From NCBI GenBank assembly GCA_043800695.1, contig JAZDMU010000019.1:84364-148363 (forward strand): a stretch of 64,000 nt of DNA, in the 5' to 3' direction. The DNA is from Bacteroidota bacterium. GTDB lineage: Bacteria > Bacteroidota > Bacteroidia > Bacteroidales > VadinHA17. The notes beneath the pieces are model-generated. The model ran no database searches and was not told the DNA's origin. It was given only the letters and a program-made list of their open reading frames with translations. A program made the position numbers and the translations under genes. Positions 1 through 8,066 of the stretch are shown in pieces (within the stretch, counting starts at the first letter, position 1; every line of letters begins with the position of its first letter).

Positions 1-593
<593 letters not shown>

Positions 594-726
594 TTAGTAG
601 TTTTTGACGGGGCTAATATAAATAAAAAAGAAAAGAACCTGATTTTTTTACAACCGGTAATTATTTAATGCATATTTGAATCTTATTATCTGAAGAAGTA
701 CTTTGATAGATTAATAATTGATAATC

Positions 727-1476
727 ATGTCAGTTCTGTACAATTATGCTTTATATCTGGCATTCGGCCTTTCGGTTCTTGTATTTATCATGCTTTTCTT
801 TGTCTCTGCTCCTTACGGCAAGTTCTCAAGGAGAGGATGGGGACCCGGGGTGAAGTCAAAATGGGCATGGCTTATCATGGAATTCCCGTCTCCTGCACTT
901 ATCCTTCTGTTTTTTATCGTCTCACCTGATAAAGGAGCTCCGCAGATCATATTTGTTACTCTCTGGCTCCTTCACTATGTTCACAGAACATTCTATTACC
1001 CTTTCCGCCAGTCAGGCAGGAATAAACCATATCCCCAGGTCATAGTACTCATGGCAATCGTGTTCAACAGCCTGAACGGATTCATAAACGGGTATGGTGT
1101 CTTTCATCTGCATAACTATGATACAAGATGGCTGCTCTCGTGGCAATTCATTACCGGAGTTACTTTGTTTATCTGCGGGTATCTTATCAACAAGACCGCT
1201 GATGAAAAACTGACCATGCTGCGGTCGCAGAACCAGCAGGGCTATGTTATTCCCCGCGGCTGGCTGTTCGATTATATTTCCTGCCCCCATTATTTTGGCG
1301 AAATCATTGAATGGGGAGGCTGGGCAGTGATGACATGGTCACTGCCAGGCTTGTCATTCTTCGTGTTCACCTTTGCAAACCTCTTCCCGCGGGCAGTAGC
1401 TTCGCACAAGTGGTACAGGAAGAGCTTTCCGGAATATCCGGTTAAGAGAAAGGCTGTGGTGCCCTTTATCATATGA
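727..1476 (+). CDS. 3-oxo-5-alpha-steroid 4-dehydrogenase (SRD5A/DET2-like) family membrane reductase
   Basis: Polytopic membrane protein. The C-terminal signature PHYFGEIIEWGGWA...HKWYRKSFPEYPVKRKAVVPFII is typical of steroid 5-alpha-reductase family C-termini. The track start at 718 is TTG, so ATG at 727 is the more likely start. Confidence 0.85.
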   Translation: MSVLYNYALYLAFGLSVLVFIMLFFVSAPYGKFSRRGWGPGVKSKWAWLIMEFPSPALILLFFIVSPDKGAPQIIFVTLWLLHYVHRTFYYPFRQSGRNKPYPQVIVLMAIVFNSLNGFINGYGVFHLHNYDTRWLLSWQFITGVTLFICGYLINKTADEKLTMLRSQNQQGYVIPRGWLFDYISCPHYFGEIIEWGGWAVMTWSLPGLSFFVFTFANLFPRAVASHKWYRKSFPEYPVKRKAVVPFII

Positions 1477-1480
1477 AGAA

Positions 1481-1680
1481 CACGTACCCACCCCCTTGAT
1501 CCTCCTCCCTGCACAGCACGTACCCATCCCCCAACCCCCTTCCCTGCTTCGCAAGGAAGGGGGCTTATATTACTGTATATCAATGGGTTCCCCCTCCTTA
1601 CGAAGTAGGGAGGGCCTGCACTGAGCGAAGCGAAGTGGGGATAAAGGGGGTGGGTACATGCAGACCAGAGAGGGGGATGA
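1481..1680. repeat. GC-rich intergenic repeat cluster (family G), copy G1
   Basis: CACGTACCCACCCCC (1481-1495) is repeated as CACGTACCCATCCCCC (1518-1533). It also recurs inverted as GGGGGTGGGTACATG (1646-1660), matching 14 of 15 positions. Internal hairpins are CCCCCTTCC(ctgcttcgcaa)GGAAGGGGG and CCCTCC(ttacgaagta)GGGAGGG. The cluster starts 5 nt after the SRD5A stop codon. Confidence 0.8.
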
Positions 1681-1805
1681 ATACATAACTCCCAACTTTT
1701 TTCTTTTTTTATTTGGATATCTTTCCCGTGAAGTTTACTTTTACGCCCGCAATCAATTTTTTTAATTAATGGACGATTATCCGGCGGATATATTATTCTA
1801 ATCCT

Positions 1806-1849
1806 GATACAGCAGGCATGCCGGTTTGCCGGTCGCTTCCTCCTGTATC
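1806..1849 (+). promoter_or_regulatory. 5' leader hairpin immediately upstream of the SD of the MgtE-sensor gene
   Basis: GATACAGCAGG (1806-1816) pairs with CCTCCTGTATC (1839-1849) as an 11-bp stem with one C-C mismatch. The 22-nt loop contains CCGGTTTGCCGG. Confidence 0.35.
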
Positions 1850-1857
1850 ACGGACAG

Positions 1858-1868
1858 AAAGGAGGTGA
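1858..1868 (+). promoter_or_regulatory. canonical Shine-Dalgarno site (AAAGGAGGTGA) 5 nt upstream of ATG 1871
   Basis: This is a direct read of the sequence. Most other starts in the window have A/T-rich leaders with no SD. Confidence 0.6.
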
Positions 1869-1870
1869 CA

Positions 1871-3148
1871 ATGACTTCACTCACAACATTTTATTTAAGC
1901 GGAATACTGGGCAAGGAAGCTTTTAGTTCTGACGGCGACGCTATCGGAAAAATAAAGGATCTTCTTGTCAGTGCAATTCCTTCAGGACAAAGCGATCCCG
2001 GACAGCAGCTGATTACAGGCGTCAAGCTCATGATAGACGGGGTGACAAAGTTCTATTCCTTCAATCAGTTCAGGGTTTCCAAAGCCAGGGAAATGATCAA
2101 CGTCACATGCACCGGGCTCATAGAGCTGAGCAGTGAAGAGGTTGATAACGGACTGTTACTCGATGAGAATATTCTGGACAAGCAGATCGTTGACCTGAAC
2201 GGACGCAAGCTGGTAAGAGTTAATGATGTCAGGCTGGCGACACTCCCGGCAGGCACATTTGCCGTAGCAGTTGATATCGGGATCGAAGGGTTGTTGAGAA
2301 GGATAGGTATTGCTGCTCCAATTAAAAGAGTGCTTTCGCTGTTTAAAATCAGCATACCTGCCAGGTTCATTCTCTGGGACGACGTCCAGGCGATTGACTT
2401 TTCGAACCTGAACATAAAACTCTCGAAAAGCTATGCCAAGCTGCATACTCTGCACCCCTCAGACCTTGCCGATATACTGGAGGACCTGGGCAAGAAATCA
2501 AGCACCTCAGTTTTCTCAGCGCTCGATGAGGAACAAGCTGCCGATGTTCTTGAGGAACTCGAGACAGATGCCCAGGTTCATATTGTTGAGAGCCTTCCCG
2601 TTGGAAAGGTTGCTGATGTTCTTGAGAAAATGCCAGCCGATGAAGTTGCGGATATCCTTGATGAACTGGAAGACGACAAAGCCGAACTCCTGCTGAAAGA
2701 GATGGAAGCTGAATCGTCGCAGGAGGTAAGGGATCTTCTTGAATATAATGACGACCTGGTGGGAAGCATAATGACGACCGATTACCTTTCCTTCAGCGGT
2801 TCAACAACAGTTGAAGAGGTGCTCCGGGAGCTGCGGATGAAAAAGCCGGAGTCTGCGGAACTGTACAATATGTTCGTAACTAAGAAGGGTGACAGGCTGG
2901 CAGGAACATTCAACCTGAGGGACCTTGTTGTGACAGAGCCTGATAAGAAGATCAGCGCCATTATGAAATCAGAACCTGTTTCGTTGTATGATGACCAGAA
3001 GACGACAGCAATTGCTGAAATAGTTTCGAAGTATAACCTGCTTGCGGTTCCGGTAATCGACCGGAACAATCAGCTCCAGGGCATGGTCGTGGTGGATGAT
3101 GTCGTTGAAGACCTCATTAGCGAAAGGAGAACCAGGAAAAGAAAATAA
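1871..3148 (+). CDS. soluble MgtE-type cytoplasmic domain protein (PRC-barrel-like N-terminus, MgtE_N acidic helical region, CBS pair), with no membrane domain
   Basis: Contains acidic helical repeats LHPSDLADILEDL, EEQAADVLEELETDAQV and VADVLEKMPADEVADILDELEDDKAELLL, followed by two CBS-like segments (VGSIMTTDYLSF..., ISAIMKSEPVSLYD...LLAVPVIDRNNQLQGMVVVDDVV). No hydrophobic segments. ATG 1871 is preceded by AAAGGAGGTGA at 5-nt spacing. The track start at 1826 is TTG. Confidence 0.8.
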   Translation: MTSLTTFYLSGILGKEAFSSDGDAIGKIKDLLVSAIPSGQSDPGQQLITGVKLMIDGVTKFYSFNQFRVSKAREMINVTCTGLIELSSEEVDNGLLLDENILDKQIVDLNGRKLVRVNDVRLATLPAGTFAVAVDIGIEGLLRRIGIAAPIKRVLSLFKISIPARFILWDDVQAIDFSNLNIKLSKSYAKLHTLHPSDLADILEDLGKKSSTSVFSALDEEQAADVLEELETDAQVHIVESLPVGKVADVLEKMPADEVADILDELEDDKAELLLKEMEAESSQEVRDLLEYNDDLVGSIMTTDYLSFSGSTTVEEVLRELRMKKPESAELYNMFVTKKGDRLAGTFNLRDLVVTEPDKKISAIMKSEPVSLYDDQKTTAIAEIVSKYNLLAVPVIDRNNQLQGMVVVDDVVEDLISERRTRKRK

Positions 3149-3154
3149 GGGATC

Positions 3155-4414
3155 ATGGTCGGACTGAAAATCGGAATAAGCAGGAAAAATATTTTCCGGA
3201 GGCTGGGAATATTCCTGATGATCCTTGGTCCCGGGATCATCACAGGAAGCGTCGACAATGATGCCGGCGGAATTACCACTTACTCTGTTGCAGGATCTAT
3301 CTATGGTTATGGTCTGATCTGGACCCTGATACCTTCATTCATTGTCCTGGTTGTCATCCAGGAGATGAATGCAAGGATGGGTATCGTTACCGGCAAGGGA
3401 CTTGCTGACCTCATAAGGGAAAATGCAGGTATCAAGGTCACATTCCTGATCTTCCTCGGACTGCTTTTTTCAGGGATCGGCAACACAACAACCGAATTTG
3501 CAGGAGTAGCCGGAAGCATGGAAGTGTTCGGCGTCAGTAAATACATTTCTGTACCTGTTGTTGCGATCCTTGTATGGGTGCTGGTTGTAAAGGGAACATA
3601 CAAGATCGCAGAGCGCATCTTTCTGATTTTCAGCATATCGCTGCTTACGTATGTTGTTTCTGCCATAATGGGAAAACCTGACTGGGGAAGTATCGGATCG
3701 GCAATAATCCGCCCCAGGATGGAGCTTAGCACTCGCAGCATGACTATGGTAATTGCCCTGGTCGGGACAACTATTGCACCCTGGATGCAGTTTTACATGC
3801 AATCTTCAGTGATAGAGAAGGGATTGAAGATGAAGAATTTTAAATATACCCTGGCAGATATCGTCGTGGGATGCATAATAACTGTTGTAGTGGCTTTTTT
3901 CATAATGGTCGCATGTGCCTCCACTCTTCATCCCAACGGGATCGTGATAAATGAAGCCAAGGATGCAGCCCTTGCGCTCAGACCGCTGGCGGGAAACCTT
4001 GCATCGCAGGTCTTTGCGTTCGGATTGTTCATCGCTTCAATTTTCTCAGCAACAATCCTCCCTCTTGCCACGGCATTTTTTGTATGTGAAGCTTTCGGGT
4101 TCGAAGCCGGGCTTGATAAGAAATGGGATGAAGCAAGGGAGTTCTACATACTTTATACAGGCATCCTGGTTATATCAGCGATTATAATACTCCTTCCCAA
4201 TGCGCCGCTGATTAAGATATCGATATGGTCGCAGGTAATAAATGGTTTTCTGCTTCCGGTTGTTCTTATCAGTATGATGATTCTGATAAACAATACAAAG
4301 ATCATGGGAACTCATGTGAATGGCAGGGCAACAAATATAATAGGATGGAGCGCCGTTGTTTTACTGGTGGGATTGTCAGCTGCCCTTCTTATTCTCCCGG
4401 TGTTACGTCTTTAA
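3155..4414 (+). CDS. NRAMP/SLC11-fold transporter of the NRMT (NRAMP-related Mg2+ transporter) type
   Basis: About 11 hydrophobic segments. The TM1 motif reads GSVDNDAGGITTYS where canonical NRAMPs have DPGN. The TM6 motif reads GTTIAPWMQFY where canonical NRAMPs have GATVMPH. It starts 6 nt after the preceding stop codon. Confidence 0.8.
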   Translation: MVGLKIGISRKNIFRRLGIFLMILGPGIITGSVDNDAGGITTYSVAGSIYGYGLIWTLIPSFIVLVVIQEMNARMGIVTGKGLADLIRENAGIKVTFLIFLGLLFSGIGNTTTEFAGVAGSMEVFGVSKYISVPVVAILVWVLVVKGTYKIAERIFLIFSISLLTYVVSAIMGKPDWGSIGSAIIRPRMELSTRSMTMVIALVGTTIAPWMQFYMQSSVIEKGLKMKNFKYTLADIVVGCIITVVVAFFIMVACASTLHPNGIVINEAKDAALALRPLAGNLASQVFAFGLFIASIFSATILPLATAFFVCEAFGFEAGLDKKWDEAREFYILYTGILVISAIIILLPNAPLIKISIWSQVINGFLLPVVLISMMILINNTKIMGTHVNGRATNIIGWSAVVLLVGLSAALLILPVLRL

Positions 4415-4417
4415 GTA

Positions 4418-5482
4418 CTATTCATCAGGCCATGCTTCCCCTGCGAAAGGCTTTGGAATTATCCTGCCAGGGTCAATAACCACATGTTTTATCAACCTTC
4501 TGTTCCAGGTGTAAGTGATATGTACCATCCCGTCATTTGTCTGTATCACGGCAGGATATGAGAATTCAGTCCCGGGACTTTCATTTTCCAGGATAGCCGC
4601 CGCCTCCCAGTCAACTCCATTTTCTGATACCGCAACATTGAGAAGATACCTTCCATCAACAAGATGGTTATAGACCAGCAGCTGCCTGCCGTCGCTGAGC
4701 GATACCGCATCAATTCCGGCATTCGGATTGGGAAGGTTAAGAGGCACAAGTGTGCTCCATGTACGGCCATTATCTGACGACCATGATGAGAGGATCCTGT
4801 CAACAGTACTTCGGCAAAGCATCTGGAGCCTGCCGCCGGGATGTTTCAGTACCGATGGCTGAATCGCACCCGTATCCCTGTCATTAAGGGCAGCAGTCCT
4901 TTCCCATGACCTGCCGTTATCAGAAGTAAATTCCATGTGAACCCGCCATCCTTCATCTTCGGTGCTTGACGGACAAAGAAGCATCCCGTTATCCAGGAGA
5001 ACCGGTTTGTCTTTGACAGGTCCAATAATATCTTCAGGAAGGCGCCGCGGCTGTGACCAGGTTTTCCCGCCATTGGATGAAGTGATAATCTCACCCCACC
5101 ATTTTGAAGGACTTGGTCCGACCTTATAAAACAGGAGGATCTCTTTCCCGGTGCTGAACAGCACGGGGTTCCAGCAAGGATAACGTTTGGCTTTATGCTG
5201 AATCCCGTTTACAACTTCAACAGGCTTGCTCCATATACCTTTATTATATATGCTTACCCATATTCCCACATCAGGGTCTCTTTCAGCGGTGCCGCCGAAC
5301 CATGCAGCAATATGCTGTTTCCCGCTTTGAACAATTGTTGATGCATGGCATGAAGGGAATGGGACGTTTCCCTGTTCAAAAATGAATTCAGATCTGATAA
5401 TACACTGCTCACCTTTATATTGCGCGTGAATGGTTTGAACGGTTAGAAATATAAAAAGTGAAAAGAATAGTATAGTACGCAT
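4418..5482 (-). CDS. exported BNR/Asp-box repeat protein, sialidase-like (GH33-like fold), substrate unknown
   Basis: Signal peptide MRTILFFSLFIFLTVQTIHA. Four Asp-box motifs are present: SSNGGKTWS, TSDNGRSWE, SSDNGRTWS and VSENGVDWE. Confidence 0.75.
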   Translation of the reverse strand: MRTILFFSLFIFLTVQTIHAQYKGEQCIIRSEFIFEQGNVPFPSCHASTIVQSGKQHIAAWFGGTAERDPDVGIWVSIYNKGIWSKPVEVVNGIQHKAKRYPCWNPVLFSTGKEILLFYKVGPSPSKWWGEIITSSNGGKTWSQPRRLPEDIIGPVKDKPVLLDNGMLLCPSSTEDEGWRVHMEFTSDNGRSWERTAALNDRDTGAIQPSVLKHPGGRLQMLCRSTVDRILSSWSSDNGRTWSTLVPLNLPNPNAGIDAVSLSDGRQLLVYNHLVDGRYLLNVAVSENGVDWEAAAILENESPGTEFSYPAVIQTNDGMVHITYTWNRRLIKHVVIDPGRIIPKPFAGEAWPDE

Positions 5483-5486
5483 AAGC

Positions 5487-6971
5487 TTACTTGTGTTTTA
5501 AAAGTTTAGTCAACATTAATCCCACAAAAAAGATTGTCATTGTTCCGAAGACAATAGTCAGGTTAGTATGGAAGGGGCTTCTGAATGCGATGCCTTCTCC
5601 TTCCCTGAATATAACCGGAGAAAGGCTCATCCAGGCAATAACCAGTACGCCGGAAATAACACCAGTGACCGCTTCAGGGTTGCCTGCTTTTCTGGAGATG
5701 AATCCCAGCAGGAAGAGCCCGAGCATGCCGCCGCTGAAGATGGATGCCAGTGACCACCAGGCATCAAGGGCGCTTTCAACTCCGGTCAGTGAGAGAGCAA
5801 TACCTGTACCGGCAACACCGGTAGCAAGTGATGAGATGTAAAGCATCTTCATTGATGATTTGTCACCGGCATTTTTATTAAAGTACCTCCTGTAATAATC
5901 GGTCAGGAAAATAGTGGCGGTACTGTTGAGGCTTGTCGATACCGTGCTCATGCCGGCAGCAAAAATTGCCGCGATCAGCAATCCCGTGAGTCCGGGCGGA
6001 AGCTGCGTTGCAATAAACCACGGGAAAACCCTGTCGGCTGCCCCGGGAGCCATCAATTCCTCCGGGAGAAGATCAGGCTGGGCACTATAGAACGAATAAA
6101 GTGCTGTGCCAATGTAAAAGAATATAAGTGAAACCGGGATATACAACAGTGATCCGAACAGGGCCGACGATCTGGCTTCCCTGTCAGTGTTTGTTGCCAT
6201 ATACCGCTGAATGTAATTCTGGTCGATCCCGTAATTCTGCAGGTTGATGAAAAGCCCGTATATGAGCACAACCCAGAAGGTTGATTCCCTGAGACTTGCG
6301 CTGAAGCTTCCGAAGCTGAATTTGTTACTTTCAGCCGCGATCCTGAAAATCTGGCCGGGTCCTTCAGGCATTGAAAAGGTAAGAATCACCGCACATACAA
6401 CTGCGCCTGTTATCAGTACTATTGCCTGGATCGCGTCTGTCCATACCACTGCCTTTATCCCGCCGAGCATGGAATATGCCGTTACTGCAAGGCCGGTTAT
6501 AATGATGATCGTCCTCATGTTCCACCCGAACAGGGCATTCAGAGGAAGCGCCAGCAGCATCAGTATTGCACCTGTGCGCATAAGCTGAGTGAGTATGTAA
6601 CATACTGATGCATAGATTCTTGCCCAGGGGCCGAATCTCTTTTCAAGGAAATAATAGGCTGATATGCTCCCAATACCGCGATAGAGAGGGATGAAGTACT
6701 TTATCGTCATGAATGATGCAACAGGAATTGAGAAGCTGAAGACAAATGCATTCCAGTTTGTGGCATAGGCTTTTCCGGGTAGTGCCAGAAAGCTGATGCT
6801 GCTCACGAATGTGGCAAAAATAGATAATCCCACAACCCAGGCAGGAAGTCTCCTTCCTCCCGAGGTGAACTGTTCAGGCGTCTTGTTCCTGAAGTAGAAG
6901 CTGACACCAATAAGAATGTTCCCGATGGTCAGGATGAAGAATACTACTGCATCAAATATTGAAAGTTTCAT
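5487..6971 (-). CDS. sodium:solute symporter (SSS) family transporter
   Basis: 494 aa with about 13 TM segments and an SSS-like N-terminus (GGRRLPAWVVGLSIFATFVSSISFLALPG). It lies 4 nt upstream of the BNR gene on the same strand. Confidence 0.85.
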   Translation of the reverse strand: MKLSIFDAVVFFILTIGNILIGVSFYFRNKTPEQFTSGGRRLPAWVVGLSIFATFVSSISFLALPGKAYATNWNAFVFSFSIPVASFMTIKYFIPLYRGIGSISAYYFLEKRFGPWARIYASVCYILTQLMRTGAILMLLALPLNALFGWNMRTIIIITGLAVTAYSMLGGIKAVVWTDAIQAIVLITGAVVCAVILTFSMPEGPGQIFRIAAESNKFSFGSFSASLRESTFWVVLIYGLFINLQNYGIDQNYIQRYMATNTDREARSSALFGSLLYIPVSLIFFYIGTALYSFYSAQPDLLPEELMAPGAADRVFPWFIATQLPPGLTGLLIAAIFAAGMSTVSTSLNSTATIFLTDYYRRYFNKNAGDKSSMKMLYISSLATGVAGTGIALSLTGVESALDAWWSLASIFSGGMLGLFLLGFISRKAGNPEAVTGVISGVLVIAWMSLSPVIFREGEGIAFRSPFHTNLTIVFGTMTIFFVGLMLTKLLKHK

Positions 6972-7120
6972 TAAGATGCTTTCAGGTCCAACGACTGCTT
7001 AAATTTAATATCATTTAATTTTATCAGGACGTTCACCGGAGAAAAAATATGCGGTATTTCTGAAATGAATTTTAACTTTACATTATGCTAACCTGAAGAA
7101 CAGGTGATAAGGGAATAATT

Positions 7121-7927
7121 ATGAACGTTCTGATGCAGAAGAAATATCTGGAATCATCCGTTTATGACACTCCTGTAAAGGAGAAACTCAGCCTTTGGGA
7201 CAAGATACTGATCAATAACCGGTTGTATTTCATTTACAAGTACGGCCAGGTAGTACTGAGGACAAGAAGGCAGGCGATTGCGGGAATGTATGATGATGAG
7301 GCATGGGCTGATTCTTCATACCTCATCATGAAATTAATTGAAAGGGCCGGAGGAAAATTTCATATCACGGGTATGGAGAATATAGCAGAGTCTCCGGAGC
7401 CGGTCCTCTTTATCGGAAATCACATGAGCACCCTTGAGACAATGGTGCTTCCTGCAATAATAGCACCGCGACGGAGGGTTACCTTTGTCGTCAAGGAGAG
7501 CCTGGTCAGGCATCCCCTGTTCGGCGATGTAATGAGGTCAAGGGATCCGATCGTTGTCGGCAGGACAGACCCAAGGAAAGACCTGGAAGCAGTGCTGAAC
7601 GGCGGAATGGAACTGCTTTCAAGAGGCATATCTGTCATTATTTTTCCTCAAAGCACCAGGACAATTGTTTTTAAACCTGAAGAGTTTAACTCGCTTGGGG
7701 TGAAGCTTGCCAGGAGGGCCGGAGTAAAGGTTGTACCCTTTGCACTTAAAACTGATTTCTGGGGACAGGGTAAAATATTAAGGGGATTTGGAAAGCTTGA
7801 TTCCGGTAAGCCAATTTATATAAGATTTGGTAAGCCATTTACTGTAACCGGCAGCGGGAAGGAAGAGAATCAGCAGATCATAGACTTTATACTTTCATCA
7901 TTGAAAGAGTGGGGTCATAATTTTTGA
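7121..7927 (+). CDS. lysophospholipid (1-acyl-sn-glycerol-3-phosphate) acyltransferase family protein
   Basis: Carries an LPLAT-type block, FIGNHMSTLET (an HX4D/E-like motif), and a downstream IIFPQSTR block. Confidence 0.7.
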   Translation: MNVLMQKKYLESSVYDTPVKEKLSLWDKILINNRLYFIYKYGQVVLRTRRQAIAGMYDDEAWADSSYLIMKLIERAGGKFHITGMENIAESPEPVLFIGNHMSTLETMVLPAIIAPRRRVTFVVKESLVRHPLFGDVMRSRDPIVVGRTDPRKDLEAVLNGGMELLSRGISVIIFPQSTRTIVFKPEEFNSLGVKLARRAGVKVVPFALKTDFWGQGKILRGFGKLDSGKPIYIRFGKPFTVTGSGKEENQQIIDFILSSLKEWGHNF

Positions 7928-7958
7928 GTGTATTTTTTACATTTAATAAATAATTTCA

Positions 7959-7966
7959 TAGATTTG
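7959..7966 (+). promoter_or_regulatory. candidate Bacteroidota -7 promoter box (TAGATTTG) upstream of the sugar symporter/ara block
   Basis: Matches TAnnTTTG and lies about 100 nt before ATG 8067. Confidence 0.3.
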
Positions 7967-8066
7967 GAATGCACTTTGGTTTAAAAGAGGATCCGCTTTT
8001 CCGAATATCCGTTCATTCTTTCCATGACAATAAGACTTTATTTAATAATGAAAACAATTTAGTATT

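Noticed and set aside
1290-1583. Track ORFs 1290-1583 and 1354-1554 (minus strand), and likewise 16109-16381, which run through the GC-rich repeats.
   Set aside because: Their open frames arise from the G/C-run repeat units (peptides such as PLSRGERG and GVGGWV). They also overlap the 3' end of a well-supported gene or sit in a spacer.
1690-1870. An M-box Mg2+ riboswitch upstream of the Mg2+ module, a glycine riboswitch upstream of gcvP (44260-44338), and a THF riboswitch upstream of fhs (34593-34699).
   Set aside because: The spacers are too short (79-107 nt for gcvP and fhs) or lack the conserved cores as I remember them. Only a simple hairpin is visible at 1806-1849.
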